Shown: positions 14,817-31,257, numbered from the stretch's first letter. The stretch is DNA of 64,000 nucleotides from the human T2T-CHM13v2.0 reference genome, Homo sapiens (GCF_009914755.1 NC_060926.1), one strand, 5' to 3'. Made by a program: numbers and translations. The notes: generated by a model from the sequence alone, not told the origin.

Positions 14817-15117
14817 ATTTTTTGAAGATAAGATCTTGCTCTGTTGACCAGGCTGAAGTGCAGTGGCGTGATTGTAGCTTATTACAACCTTGAACTCCTG
14901 GGCTCCAGTGATCCTCCCACCTCAGCCTCCCGAGTAGCTGAGACTGCAGGCACGCACCACCATACCTGGCTAGTTTTTTTTATTGTTATTATTTTTAATA
15001 GAGATGAGGTCTTGCCATGTTCTCCAGGCTGGTCTTGAACCTCCAGGCTCAAGCCATCTTCCTGCCTTGACTTCCCGAAGTGCTGGGATTACAGGCATAA
15101 GCCACCAAGCCTGGCCT
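14817..15117 (-). mobile_element. AluJ
   Basis: Diverged antisense Alu. Confidence 0.85.
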
Positions 15118-15955
15118 GTTTTTTTTTTTTTAACAAAAAATAGATCTACAAATTAAGTTACGATAGTCCCTATACCTTAGGATGTAGATTCTAAAATGTT
15201 TACAGTTGGTTTGCAAACCACCCATACATAAGATTACAAGAGTATTTCCAGAATGTGCCATTTGTAATTACAAATATTGCTCTCGGTAATGCCATCAGTT
15301 GTGCGGTGCCATTGATCAAAAAGAAGAGATCTATGTATGTGGCACTTTTACAAAGAGAGGGTTTAGGGTTCCCAGAAAGCTAAAAGCGGTTTTAAACATG
15401 CTGAGACAATAGCCGCCCCTCCTCAACGCCTTTAAAGGTGACCAGGTAGCCTCTGGGGCTCGGGGAAAGGTTTCGGCAAGTATGTCACACACACCCTGCC
15501 TGAGTAAGCGCTGCCCCTTTGATGGCCATGAATGAGCTCAGATGCACTCTCCACCCTCTACTATGGTTCCTCCCATTGTCACCCACGAGCCTGCTGGATA
15601 GAGTTTCTGATGGCTTTCATGATCATTTATGTAATTTCTGTTTCATGTATGTAATTTCTGAAGTTTCCAAAGTGCCCATATATAAATTCTCTTCTTTGTG
15701 AAGGTGGGAAGGGAGGGCAAGCAGGCTTCCCCTTGACAGATGAGACTTAGGGCAGTTCAGGGACACTCAGCTGGTAGATGGCAGAGTAGATTCCTACAAC
15801 CCAGTCTTCCCCTTCCAGGGCCTGTGCTCTTCCCACCCTCTGCTCCCTTCCAAGACCCTATACTGTTCTTGCTACCATTCTCATCATTTCTTCCAGTTGC
15901 TTTTCTTATTAGTCTGTACTTTTGGCATAAGCGGAGCAGTTCAAGATCTTAATAC

Positions 15956-16264
<309 letters not shown>

Positions 16265-17629
16265 AGATATTAATTTTAGAAGAAGAGAAATATTTCAAGA
16301 AATGTCATTTTTTTAGAATAATAATACTAATATGGTTTTGATTTTTAAATTATCTGAGAAGAGACTGTAGCTTCTACAACCCAATATAGATAATGGTTAA
16401 AATTTTAGTGAAGGTATTTTAAAATTAATTTTTTCCATGTTTGAAGTGTACATGTTTGAGTGCAAGAGTCCTATCATTCATTTCTCTAATTTCCTCCATT
16501 ATATTAATGCACAGTATCTTGTACCTAGTAGACACTCAGTAAATGCTTGTTGAATTGAGCTTAATTTTCTATCTCCTAATCTTTTTGCATCTGAATGAAG
16601 CCCAGGAGTAAATTCAGGTGACACCTGTAAATTGAAATTATCTTAATAGTATAATAGTCCAAATTCTCTGCCTCACAAAGACCTGCACTGTCTGGCTCTG
16701 CCAGCCTCTTCACATTCAACACTAAAGCCTTGTTGGACTGTTTGCATTTCCTGAAAGCACCATCCCATGTTTGTCATAGCCTGTAGCATACTGCATTCTC
16801 ATTAGGAAAAGGACTTGAGGAAGAGGACTGTGTCTGTGTCTTAAGTACCCAGAACACACTAGTTGCTCAATAAATGTTTGTTGGAAGAATAAAAGCCAAG
16901 TGAAAACCTGAGCCAAGCTACCAGAATCTGGTAGACAGAAAAATACTTTGATGCGATATTTTGAATTATCATTGTTATATGTGTTCTGTTTCTATGTTAA
17001 CAAAGCATTTTTTAATCAGCAAAATTTTTTTACTTAAATGTTTCAAGAAAGAAATTAATTTTGTGTTTTATTCTTTATCATAAACGTGTAATTAGTACGA
17101 ATTATGTGTGGGTTGTAGCAGTTAGGAAGACAAATAAAACAAGATTGAGTCACCCTCAAGTTTAAGAGGGAAACAGAAAGATAAACCCTTAACTGTGCAA
17201 TAGAAGGGTACATGCCAGGACATCTGCTTTAGCACTCAGAAGAGGGCCAGTCACAGGAGGCTGTGGTATCATGTCTGTTCTTAGAGGAGGTCACTGGTAT
17301 AACCAAGTTCTCTAAGATGAGTGAGCTTCAGCCAGGCAGAGCCTGAGATGAGGAATGGGGGAAAGAAACTGGCTTTCTAGGCAAAGGGGCAAAAGTAGCT
17401 GTGCAAAGCAGAGAGGCAAGTGAGAATATGGCTTGTTTGGGGGAACTATGGAGATTAGGCTGGGAGCTAAAAGCTTTAGTGAGTTTATGAGAGCAGGGGA
17501 ATACGATGATTGGGCCACAGGAGAGTAAGACTAGAGAAAGGGAGAGCAGTTATAAGGGTGGCCTAAGGAGCAACAGTGACGGGAAGAAAGGGGATGGATT
17601 GGAAAGCAGTCAGCACTGATCCAAGTGCC

Positions 17630-18180
17630 TTAGGTATATTCATTAATTTAGTCTTCACAATAGCTATGAAGCAGGTACTATTCTTATTCCTATTTTAGAT
17701 AGATTGTTTAAAAACTGAGGCACAGAAAGGTTGTATAACATGTCCACGGTCACAGAGCTAGTAAGTGATGGAGCAGGGACTCTAGTCCAGGCAGTTTGGT
17801 TCCATAGTCTATTCTCAACCATGGTACTATATGCCACATTGAGAGAATGGAATTAACAGGACATGGTGACTGAATGCATGTAGAAGATTCAGTTCAGTTC
17901 CATGCAAGCTCATTATCTCTTATAAAAAATGGCTGTCATACTTGAAATTGATTAGAGTAGGGTGTGGTCACAGCTTACATACTTAGATTGGGAAGTACAG
18001 AAATTTTTTGTTTAGTTTTCAAAGTCTATTCACTTGAACATAACCTCAATTTATTCTCATTATAACCCATTTTGCAAGTGAAGAAACTGAGGCTAAGTGA
18101 CTCTGATCCAAGAGTCACAAAGCTAGTGATTGGAAAGCTTAAATATAGGTCCTAGGTTTTCTGGTTCCAAGTCCCACATT
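17630..18180. mobile_element. Two MIR fragments (~17630-17830, ~18060-18180)
   Basis: MIR core aaactgaggcacaga...ggtcacagagctagtaagtg. Confidence 0.7.
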
Positions 18181-18664
18181 ATTCAGTCTTGAGTAATAGG
18201 TGTAGTCTATGCTGAACATATAATTTCTTTAGGAAAGCAATATATCTAGTTAAACAGTTGTTGAGGGCTTCCAGTGTGCTAGCCAGGATGCCAGCCAGTG
18301 CACATACATTGCTAGAGAAGCTTTTGGTCTCATAAGGGAGTTAGTTTTAGGTGAGCAAACACTGCTATAGAAACACAGACAAGAGATGTGGATGAAACAA
18401 CTGGTATGTGGCTGCCAGATGCCAGGATGTGTCCTAGAAATAGTAGATGTTTTAGGAAGTCGGAATAGGGAATGATACGCCGTTTTAAGATTCTACCATT
18501 CATTTTTCTATATGGATGCCATGTTTTGATGTTTTATTCACAAAATGTGGGTCTCTGAGTTCTTGCATAGTGTCGTGTTTTAAGATAAAGGTTATTTTAT
18601 GGATATATACATTGGGGATGGTCTAGTTGGCAAATAATTTACATTTTACTGTTTTGTTCTTCAG

Positions 18665-18842
18665 ATGAAATGCATAGCTTAACTTGCCACGTGGTAAAAA
18701 TGACTGGAATGGGAGAAGTGGATTTTCTGACATTTGATCCTATAGCCAAAATGGCAAAAGCTGTTAAGTACGATGTACAAGCTGTAGCTATCATTGTGGT
18801 GGTATTGAAACTGCTCTTTCTATTGGATGACAGTTTCGAGTG
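18665..18842 (+). CDS. TAF1B: TAF1B coding exon (probably 10): DEMHSLTCHVVKMTGMGEVDFLTFDPIAKMAKAVKYDVQAVAIIVVVLKLLFLLDDSFEW
   Basis: ttgttcttcag acceptor, TG|gtaagt donor, 178 nt, phases fit neighbours. Confidence 0.96.
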
Positions 18843-19439
18843 GTAAGTGTACCTCAATTTTATGACAAGTAACATTTTATGGTGCTGATCTTAGTTTTTT
18901 AAGAAAGCTTTAAATGTCATGAAGACACTTTAAAAAAAGAGCTAAAGAAAAAATTTGTACCGTATTTACCTAATTATATGTTATCTCAAAAAATGGAGAC
19001 TCTCAATTGTTACAGAACATTGACTAGTAGTCACAATTATTTCTTACACAGTACTTTGACTCAGCTGGTTGTCAGTTGTTTGATCATGTTTTATACCTGT
19101 TATTCTTTAGGTAGCAATGTTCCTCATTGCTCCACTGATTTCCTAGTTTTAAAGTATCTTCATAAATCTCTATCTATATCCCTTTAGGCTCCTGGCAATA
19201 TGTGTTCTCAAAGATTATTTTAGAAAGTAAAGGAATCTTAATATGTCACCCCTCCCAGATGCCAACAAAGAGTGACAGTATTTATAGTGTCTCCTCCTCT
19301 GTTTCAGTGATTGCTTCTCCATTAAAACATGGTATCAATTTCAAATACTGTTCTACACTTTTCTCTCAGAAGAATTCAGAATTTATCTTTCCAAATACAT
19401 GACTTCTAAATAAATTGATTTGTTTATTGTTATCTCCAG

Positions 19440-19486
19440 GTCTTTGTCTAATCTTGCTGAAAAGCATAATGAAAAGAACAAAAAAG
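19440..19486 (+). CDS. TAF1B: TAF1B coding exon (probably 11): SLSNLAEKHNEKNKK
   Basis: tatctccag acceptor, G|gtattt donor, 47 nt, phase 2 to 1. Confidence 0.94.
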
Positions 19487-21082
19487 GTATTTTAATTTTT
19501 TATCATTCAAATTCAAAGTGGTTATAGATGATAGATTAAAAGATGGAATAAATGTAGGCAAACAACTTTGAAAAATACACATATACACATAGACACATGT
19601 ATACAAATTGTATATTGTACCAGTATTGTTTTTTCATATAATTACCTACTTGTATCTCTAGGGTACTAAAAAATATCAGTGAGTCCGTATTATATGTAAG
19701 ACCAGGCTGCTTTGTATTCCCAACTTCTACTCACCAGCCATGCTAGATCATGAATTTACAGGCAGCTTTGTGACCATCCTGTCGATTCTGATGCTTTCAG
19801 CCTTTGCTCTTGTTGGTCCCTCTATCTGAAATGCTCTTTCCTTCTTACCCCAACTCCTGTTCAGTCCCTGGCAAATGCCTCTTTATTCTTGAAGATGCAG
19901 CATAAACACCACTCTTCTGTCTGGTCTTCACACCTATCCACTTCACAATGCTTCACCTCTTCCCAAATCAGAACTAATAACTCCTGCCGCAGTCACTCTT
20001 GTTCAGACTTCTGCTAGATGTTTAGTGCCTTGAGGTCTAACTAATGGCCTAAGTACTTCTGTCCCTATTAGATTGCCAATATTTGTAAAGTGCTTAGAAG
20101 AGTATCTGGCATCTAATAAGTACTTTATAAGTGATAGACAGATAGACAAGTGAAGTGTGAGCTTCTGGAGGGAGGGATCATATCTTTTTTTTTTTTTCTT
20201 TTAATGTATCTTTAGTGCCTAACATAGTGACTAGCCTAAGAGCAACTCAGTGAAGTGTGGTGAATATGTGGATTATTAAATTCAATTCCAGTTTCTTAAT
20301 GTTCTCATTAGGATTTATGTTCATTGGTTTTAGAGGCTTGAATTTATTGGAAGCAATCAGTTTGTGTGTTCTTTCCAGAATATGTGCAAAATAAAATACT
20401 ACTTTCTGTACATTGCTCATGTTGGCTTCTATGTAGAGTGAAAGGTTGAACTAGCTGTCTTCTAACATCCCCTCTAATGCTAAAAGATGATAATTTACTA
20501 CGTAGACATGTAGAATAAACAGAGCGCTTTGACCTGTCTCCCTGTAAGCCTCAAAATAAATCCATGCTGTCAGCAGGGCAAAGATCACTGTCATTTCTCT
20601 CTGCTCTGTCTGCTAATCACCATCCCCTGCCCCCAGCATTATTGATGGGGAGATTGAGGTTTAGAAAAGTTGTGATTTACTCCAGGTCCAAGAACCGTGA
20701 GTTCTATTGATTACTATAGTTTTCCTCTGTTCTTACAATTCTTTCGGTAGTTTCCTCTCTTCTGTGGCTGTATGGTCTACAAGGTCATATTGGATTAAAC
20801 AATTATCATATTGACCAGTTGAAAAGATTTTTAGTTAGGCATGGAAAGAGACTGCCTTCGCCAGAGAATAATGGAGAATAATCCCTGTATGGAGTGAAAG
20901 AGTGAGGAGTGAGTTTTTATACTTTACTGCATTCAGTTCTGTTGTCTCTCTAATGTCTACATCTTGATCACACACTCACACCAACTGCCCAGTGCAGTCA
21001 ATTAATGAAAACTCAGATGAACAATGTATATTATTATAGTGTGGTTTATTTGGTTAATAATCTTGGATTTTATTTCTTTCAG

Positions 21083-21173
21083 ATAAGCCATGGTTTGATT
21101 TCAGAAAGTGGTACCAAATTATGAAGAAAGCTTTTGATGAGAAAAAACAAAAATGGGAAGAAGCAAGGGCCAA
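21083..21173 (+). CDS. TAF1B: TAF1B coding exon (probably 12): DKPWFDFRKWYQIMKKAFDEKKQKWEEARAK
   Basis: tttctttcag acceptor, AA|gtatgt donor, 91 nt. Confidence 0.95.
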
Positions 21174-23089
21174 GTATGTTCTCCTTCCTGGTTTAGATGC
21201 ACCTGCTTTACTTCTGTGTCTGTTACTTTACATTTGAAAGCTGAAGCTTCATCAGTATACACTTATCTACATTGTGACTTTTTTTTCTGGAAATATTAGC
21301 CCTACACTCTAATTAACTTTTCTCTTTTTTACATTACTATTAATCAAAGTTTAGATTTGATGTGGATTTCACCAGTGTTTTTATTAATGTCCTCTTTCTG
21401 TTCCATGATCCAATGCAGGATACCACAGTATACTTTTTATAATTTAACTTTTTATAATTTGCATGAGACTTGCCTATATTTCTAATACTCCTCCCTCTTC
21501 CCCTTTCTCAAATTTAGTCATTTCTCATCTATGCTTCCCAATATTAAAAAGATTACAAATGTTACCTTGCAACATATGTAATTGGAATGTTCCCCCAAAA
21601 TAAAGATCCCTGTGAAAATTAAAACAAAGGAAAGCAGATAGCAAGTCCATTTGATTCAGCCAGTGTCACTGCCTTTCTTTGAACTGTCATTCTGATGTGG
21701 GCTCATTGTGGTAGGGTAGAAGAGAGCATAAGCAGCGCTAGGTTTGAATCCTGTCTGCATTACAAGCTAGCTGTGTGCCCATGGGCCAGTTACTTAACCT
21801 TCTGCTGAGTCTGAGTCTCTTTGAGGCTTTGAAGAAAAAGGTAACATCTCTGTATTTAATGTAAATTTACAGTAATACTAATTCGACTCAGTAATTTTAT
21901 ATCCTTTGAGAAAAATCAAGGTTCCCCGTATTAGTTGAAATGAGAATTTGTTCAGCTCCTATTTCTTCATCAGTAAAATAGACATAATAATGCCCACTTA
22001 TATACTGTAATTAAGACCCAATTTTCCAGTATGAGAGTAGAACTAGATTATTTTTCCTCTAAATTTCAGAGGGCTTTTAAATAGAAAAACAGACTCTTGG
22101 GGTGGAAAAGGCACTGTGGAGATGATCCTTTCCATAGCAGGGAAGTGTGACAGGTTCCCTCTCAGTAGGCAGGATTGATGCACAATGAAGAAGAGGGGTG
22201 GAGGTGAATTTATCCCAACAGCCCATGGATTCCCAGGAAACCAGGCTCCCCGCCTCCTCATCAGAGAAGGAGTGACTCTTCAGTCAGTGGCTCTCAGTGG
22301 GCACAAGAATAGCAGCAGGAACAAGATTTTGTTATGTGTCTTAGGTCATTTTGGAGAATCAGCCTTCCTTTCTGTGGTGCTAGCTGGGGTTAGTCCTGAC
22401 GGATCCTAAGGACTGGGTGCCTAGGGGCCATTCCTCCCTGGGGTCTCAGTGGTGACAGGGCTTTCCTTACCCCAAGCCAGACACCAACCTACACTTTAAA
22501 CATAGCTCTTGGAGGCCCAGTTCATTATTGCAGTGTTATGTCAGTTGCACATTTAAGACTTACCGGCTTTTAGCTACTTTAGGGAATAATTTATTGGCCA
22601 AAGAAAGTAAGTCTGGTTATAAAATGGCACTTTCCAGGGAGGTACCGGGCCCCAAGGTGGAGGCTGTCGAGGGGACCCGTTTCCAAGGTCCTTCTTCCTA
22701 GAGTATGTGCTGAGGGCTGACACACACGTGCAGTGTGAGTCACTGCTGAGTAATATGCGAAGCACTACCAACTGCTGCTCAGGCCCAGAGCTCGGTGCGT
22801 GGTGGCCACCTGTCGGTTTCACCCTTCCCCACCCCCATGTTGACATACATGTCTAATTTTTCTCTTTGTTTCTCTGAATATTATCATCCATGTTGTCAGA
22901 TGAAAATTATTAAAACATTTTCTATATCTGAGCATGGGTTCCTATGCATGAGATTATGAAAAACACTAATAAACAATAGTTGAAAACCTAAAACAGCGTA
23001 AGAGGCTACTTTGATGACTTCTAGCTGTTATAGAAGATGTTGAGAAGAACATGGAGAAAAATTAAGCCTGTGCAGAAAATCTCTATGCC

Positions 23090-24150
23090 CTAATTGGTGT
23101 ATAGTGATATCTCATTATGGTTTTAATTTGAGTTCACTGCTAATTTTTGCCTTCCCTTTTGGGTTAGGCAGAAATTTCTTAGATGTGACACCAAAAGCAT
23201 GATCTATAAAAGAAAAAAAATTGGTAAATTGGACTTCATCAGAAGTAAGAACCTCTGCTCCACAAAAGAACTTAAACGAATAAGAAGCTACAGACGAGGA
23301 GAAATTAAATGCAAATCACATATCCGTTTAAAGATTTGTATCTAGAGTATATAAAGAATTTTTAGGCAATAAGAAAAAAACTCCATTTTTTTAAATGGGC
23401 AAAATATTTGAAAAGACATTTTACCAAAGATGATATCAAGATGGCATGTGAAAAGATGTTTAACATCATTAATAGGGAAATGCAAATTAAAACGACAATG
23501 ACATATCATTATATACCAATTAGAATGGTTCAAAACAAAACAAAAACAAAAACTGATCATTCCAAGTGTGGGAATTCAAAATGGTACTGCTATTTTGAAA
23601 AGTTGTCAGTTTCTCAAAGTTAAACATACATTTATTATGTTATCCAGTGTTTTTCACTCCTAGATATTTACCCTAATGAAATGAAAACAAGCTCACACAA
23701 AAATCTGCATAGGAATGTTTCTAATGGTTTCATTCATAATTGCCAAAAACTGGCAACAAACCACATGTTCTTCAACTGGTGACTAGCTAAACTGTTGTAT
23801 CCGTACAGTGGAATACCATTTAGCAGTACAGACTTCTTATGCATCCAGCAATATGAGTGAATCTTAAATGCATTATGCTATGTGAAAGACTCAAAAGGTT
23901 ACTTATGCTATGATTCCATTTATATGACATTCTGGAAAAGGCTAAACTATGGGGACAGAAAAACAGACCAGTAGTTGCCTGAGATCAAGGGTTGACTGTC
24001 AAGGGATGTGGGAGATATTTTGGAGTGATGGAACTGTTCTACGTAGTAATTGTGGTGAGTACACACATGCAACTGTATGTGTTTGTCAGTGCTAGCAGAA
24101 CTACACTGAAAAGAGTAAATTTTACTGAATGTAAATTATACCTTAATTTT
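23090..24150 (+). mobile_element. L1MB/MC ORF2-end and 3'UTR fragment
   Basis: ORF 23408-23623 (KRHFTKDDIKMA...REMQIKTTMTYH) is a decayed L1 ORF2 C-terminus. Confidence 0.8.
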
Positions 24151-24757
24151 TAAAAATGAGGAAACATATGCAGACAGACAAGAGAGAAATACATAGATAA
24201 CATGTAGCTGGAAAACATGGTTTGTGATGTGTCTCCTTTTGTAGTTTTATGTAATGAGAAAAGGCAGGCAAGGTAAAGTCAATTTTGGAAGAAGCTTTCA
24301 TTTCAGGTATCTAAACACTTAAGAGTATTTTTATTTTAGATCACCTTTCCCATTCTTGGGGCATATCACCCCAAGGGCATCATAATGCTTTCTTGATCTG
24401 TGGCATGATTGCCACTTGTGTAGGCATTTACTGTAAATGCATAAGAAACTTCCATTTAGATTAGGTATTCACAAGGAATGTTTAACAGTGAGTGTGCCCA
24501 GGGATTGGGATTAGACTGTTCAGGGAACTTCTTTATCCTTTGAGATTTTATTATTTAAGAAAATTAATGGCAAAAAAATATATTTTAAAGAATCGCTAAC
24601 TCATTTACCATAACATTAAATGACAAACTCTCTGATATATTTTAAATGTGGTATGGTTCACTAAAGTTTAGTTTCACATGATTTTCAGGAAACCATCTCC
24701 TGTATAACATTAATTACATCTCTACTGCTACCTAATGATTAGAAAAATTTCCTTTCT

Positions 24758-25099
<342 letters not shown>

Positions 25100-25721
25100 T
25101 AATATCATTGCAGAAATTCAAAATAAAAAGTCAACATCTGTTTTATGTATAGTCATGATTTTACTGACTTGATCAAGTATTTTTTAAAATTCTTGAAAAA
25201 ATCAGTTCTTAAATCGGTTAAAATGATTATTTGCTAAATGATATTACTAAAATATTGTTAAAAATGTGTGCTTTTATATACGTATTACTTCCTAGTATTA
25301 AAAATAAATGGTGAGAAATTATTATAGATGCTACAGATTTTTAAAATATTTGTATTTCTGGCTTCCTATTTTTAATCTGTTTTTCTGGAAAGTTCACAGA
25401 TATTTCTTGAGTACTAGCCAGGCACTTTGTCAAGTACTAATAATAATTCTAATTATTGTATAGGATTTAAAGAACCGATACATACAGCATCTTATTCTTC
25501 AGAATAACCCTGTGAAAGTAGAGGATAAGTTTAGAGATGCTAAATTCATTTCTTTGTTCATTTATTCACCCAATTATTCTTCAACAAATGTTTAAATGAG
25601 TTCCTACTCTCTACCACTCCCTGACAACACTAGGGGCATAAGGATGGCTGAGACAGTCTCTGCCTTTAAGAACCTCCATAATTTGTCATTCAAGGTCATG
25701 CCACTAGAAAATGGTGGAGCC

Positions 25722-26116
<395 letters not shown>

Positions 26117-26971
26117 TTAAAATTATTATAAGTTATGAAAGTCCTCTGCTCTAGGGAACACAGAAATAATAAAAATGAGACCAAGAATGAACCTTGTTGT
26201 CTTTGTTCCAGAGCAGCAGCGTCTGCTTGGCAAAGTTTAGCAACAGCCACTAGAACTAGAAATAGAACATGTCACTTCCTTTTGGAGTCTGGAACTGATC
26301 ACCCTCATCTGTAGGAACCTTAGATGGCTCTTAGTGTTTGTCCTGGAGGGAACCCCAAGAGCCAGAGCAATCCAGGACCCCCATTTTACAGTGGAAACTC
26401 CCTGGCCATCCTTCCCTTGGCAAGAATAGGCTGAGTCAGAACAGGGACTACTGGGACTGTGTCATCCTGGAATCCAGTCTTTTCCTCTCCTTTACACCAG
26501 GAATAGAATAGATTTCCTGGCATCAGATGCCAGAGAGACGCATTTACTGTTCACTGTGTGTAAGTTATCAGAATCAGAAGTACTACTAACAACTCTCAGC
26601 AAAAAGGCATTGGGACAAAGGCAATGAGGAACAGTTGTTTCTGAGGTGGCTTCACTTTATGAGAATGAGCAGCAAGGGAAATTTATGGTGAAGGAAACAG
26701 TTTCTATGTTTTTTGTATAATTAATAGCTTCTTCAAGATGTCACAGCATCTGGGTGGCTTTTGAGAGGAGCACACCATTCTCTTGGCCTGGGCTGTTGGT
26801 CAGTGGTTCCTTCTAGGGCCTAAGTTCAATAGGCAATATAGACATGTGCCAGTAGGCCATTCCAAGCCAGAGCTATAACGAAATATCAGAAATCTCAGAT
26901 AGTGCTTCAGACAATGTGTTTATGTCCGTTTCATCTCCGTCCTGCTCCAGCTGTTTCTTTACCTTGTACAG

Positions 26972-27042
26972 GTACCTGTGGAAAAGTGAAAAGCCACTCT
27001 ACTACTCATTTGTCGACAAACCAGTAGCATATAAAAAAAGAG
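26972..27042 (+). CDS. TAF1B: TAF1B coding exon (probably 13): YLWKSEKPLYYSFVDKPVAYKKR
   Basis: ccttgtacag acceptor, G|gtaagt donor, 71 nt. Confidence 0.95.
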
Positions 27043-27528
27043 GTAAGTCAAATTTTGTCTTTTTAATACCAAGTAGCAACACAGTTGTAGAAAAATTAAA
27101 TATCTGGACTTGAAATGTTGAATGCTTAAGTTTTTTACTTTTTTTAAACAAATGTTCCAGGGCACATGTACATCCAAAGGAGCATCATACTCTGCAAGAA
27201 ATCTCTGCAGGAATCTACTTCAGGAATATGTCGTTCTTCAAAACAGAGCCTCAGTTCCTGCCAAAATCTAAAATCCTAAATCGTTATGATTTTGGAAATT
27301 CTTTGCTTATAGAATTCCTTTTAGACTGTACATTCTTTTTGAAGTAGGGTTTCCCCCATGCACCTCATCCAGTTTCATTTTCCCTTAACGTTATCCTGTT
27401 ACATTACTGTGGTACATCTGCCAAAACTAAGGAACCAATATTGGTACATTCCTATCAAGTAAATTCCAGGCTTTATTTGTGATTTAACATTACTTGTTAT
27501 TTTGTTTCCTTTTTTTCTCCGGTTCCAG

Positions 27529-27751
27529 AAATGGTGGTGAATCTACAGAAACAATTTAGCACACTGGTCGATTCAACAGCAACTGCTGGAAAAAAAAGCC
27601 CTTCAAGTTTTCAGTTCAACTGGACTGAAGAGGACACTGATAGAACGTGTTTCCATGGACACAGCCTTCAGGGAGTCCTGAAAGAGAAAGGCCAATCACT
27701 GCTGACTAAGAATTCATTATATTGGCTTAGTACACAGAAATTCTGCAGATG
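27529..27751 (+). CDS. TAF1B: TAF1B penultimate coding exon (probably 14): EMVVNLQKQFSTLVDS...LSTQKFCR
   Basis: Long pyrimidine tract then ggttccag acceptor, TG|gtaata donor, 223 nt; ORF track 27531-27755. Confidence 0.96.
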
Positions 27752-29040
27752 GTAATAATGCTTTTAGAAAAAGTCACATATAATTGAAGTAGTTGACTGT
27801 ATAAGAGCCAGATAGGTTTTTTGTTGGAATTAGAAGCTGGTGAGCTTAAAGTCACGAAAATCAGAATTATACATTGAGTCTTGTGTAGGAGTTCTAGGAA
27901 AGCTGGTAAAAATCAAGAAAGAGGATACAGGGCAATTAGCACAAACTATCCCCTCTAGCTAAATTAACCTGCAGTGTGGCAGGCAAGCAATAGAAGTGGC
28001 TGTAAATGCTGATCAGGAGAATGTGCTGTATTTTTTAGTACATATCACTTCTCTGAGTCAGTTACCTTTATCATGTCTTTCTACCTCTTAATACTTCCTT
28101 AAGTATTTCCTAAAAATAAGGATATTCTCTTAAGTGACCACAGTACAGTTATCAAACTCAGGAAACTTAATACTGATACGATACCTTTATCTCACCCACA
28201 GTCCATATTCCAATTTTCTCATTAGACCCCCAGTGTCCTTTTATAGCAGGATCAAGTTCAGGAGTAGGTATGGCATTGATTGATTTTATCTCTTCGGTCT
28301 CCTTTAATCTGATTGTCCCTCAGCCTTTCTTTGTCTTTCATGACATTGAGCTGTATTTTTCAGAAATGTCAGTGATGTTACACAATGTTTCTGAGTATGG
28401 TTGTGATGGTTCCTCATGTTTAGATTCAGGTTCTGCATCCCTGGCCAAAACAAGTGCCGTGTCCTCCTCAGGGTATCATTTCTCAGGGTATGGCGTCTGT
28501 AGACTGGGGCGGGGGGCGGGGGGTCCATTTGCCCCTCAGGTGTTAATAGTGATCACCCAGTCAAGGTGCTGTGTCGTTTTTCCACAGTGTAGTTACTATG
28601 TTTCCCCTTACAACTAATAAAAAATCTGCAGGGAGATACTTGGTCAGTGAAATACTCTGATCTTCATTCAACTTTGTCCCCTTGATTTCATGTTTTATGT
28701 TCTGTCCTCGTATCTGTCGAGTGTGGGCATGTGAAGTCTAGAAAACAACACGCGCTTTTATGGTTATTGGGTCTGGATAAAGTAGGACTAAAGATGGGAA
28801 GCTGCACTGAGGAGAGGAATCTGTGTAGGACATAGTGGAAAACTTGTATGTCTAAATAGTAAGACACAGGCTTTTGACTTCATCAGGTTTAATTAATGAT
28901 CGGCTCTGTGGCATACTGGCTCTTAGACTTCTGGCTTAGTAATAGGCTGCCTTCTTATTTTTGCTTTATTTTTTCAGAAGAGTTATATATTCCCTATAAA
29001 CGGTCGATATTGGAATAATACAGTGTAAATTCTTAAGTAA

Positions 29041-29364
<324 letters not shown>

Positions 29365-30149
29365 TAGTGAAGAACATATTACTCCCCAGAGCATATTCGT
29401 TTTTCTTTAATTGTACTGAAAATCAACTCCAAAAGTATTTTTTGAGTACTTGATAAAAATAAGTCATTATCCTAAGTCCTAGATAGATACAAAGGTAACT
29501 CAGGAAGTTTGTTTTCCAAGTCCACTTGAAGAGAAGATTTTTTTAATAAGAGTATGTTTTCCCCACTTTCCTTCTGTAGTGTCTTAATAGCTGTAGAGAG
29601 GAGTATATGGATTAAAAATTACAGAGATAATCAGTGGGGTATACAGGTGTTTACCATAAAATTCTTTCAACTTTGCTGTATGATTGAAATTTTTTATAAT
29701 AAAGTTTGAGGAGAAAAACTAAAAAGATTCAGGCTATGCCATGAAGTTTTTTTCTCCTTGCCTATTTTAACTTTTAGTTCCGTTTTATATAATAATAGCG
29801 AAAAGGCCATTCAATAAAATAGTTCTGTGACTTTGAAGTTACTTTACCTTTCAGTGTCTTCCTGTTAAAAATAAAAAGACTAGACTAATATTCCCTCACT
29901 AAAGTTCTCAGTAATTAACGTGTGAAAAATAAAAGCATAAAGGCTTTTCTCATTGTGACTATATTTAAAGTAATCTCATCCCCATATTGACATAGAAATT
30001 GCCCAAGAGGAAATTTTCTAGTAGCTAAGAGGACTTGCTATAGAATCATAGAATCGGGCTGTTTCTATCCTAAGTCTGCCACTTGCTAATTGTAGGAAGG
30101 TTACTCACTTCTCTACAGCTGTGCTGACCCAGTTGTAAATGTGGGGATA

Positions 30150-30750
30150 ATACTGATCTTTTCCTCTTCTCAAAACCTTCAGTGGCTCCCATCTCATTGA
30201 AAGGAAGACCCAAAAAACATTGTGGAGCCAACACGGCCCTCTTGACCTTCCCTCTGCTGTCCTCTGACCTCCTTGCTGTCACCCTATGTTCAGAGTGACC
30301 TCCCAGCTGCTCCTTGAGCTTACCAGACACTCCCCACATGGGCCTTTGTACCTGCTCTGCCTCCTGCCTAGAATGTTCTTTCCCCCATGTATCCACATGG
30401 GCTCACTTCTTTCAGGTTTTTGCTCAAATTTCACTTCCTTGGAGAGATTTTTCTTAGCCATCCTGCCTAAAATAGCACCAATCATTCCCCCAACACCCCT
30501 CATTATTCTCTGTCCCCTGGCCTATTTCATTTTTCTTTGTAGTTTTCATCACTATTTAATAGAATATATTATTATATATTTATTTTGCTTATTTATCCAT
30601 CTCCCCACACTAGAATGTAAGGGCCTTGAGAATGTAAGGACTACTAGAATGTAAGGAGGACTCTGTTTTATTTAATGAAAAATCCCAGCGGCTAGACCAG
30701 CGCCTAGCACAGACTAGGTGCCCACCAAGTATTTATTGAATGAATGAATG
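30150..30750 (+). mobile_element. L2 3' fragment
   Basis: ctagaatgtaag...cctagcacag...tatttattgaatgaatgaatg L2 terminus. Confidence 0.7.
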
Positions 30751-30893
30751 GAAAATAGGGCCTACCCCAAGTTCTTGTGAGAATTGAATGAGGTATTTGA
30801 TGTGTGTCACATAGTAAGTACTCAATCAAACATAAGTATGACCATTATTATTTTAAACAAAGCTAATTTTCTGTTAACTAATGTTATTTCCTG

Positions 30894-31257
<364 letters not shown>

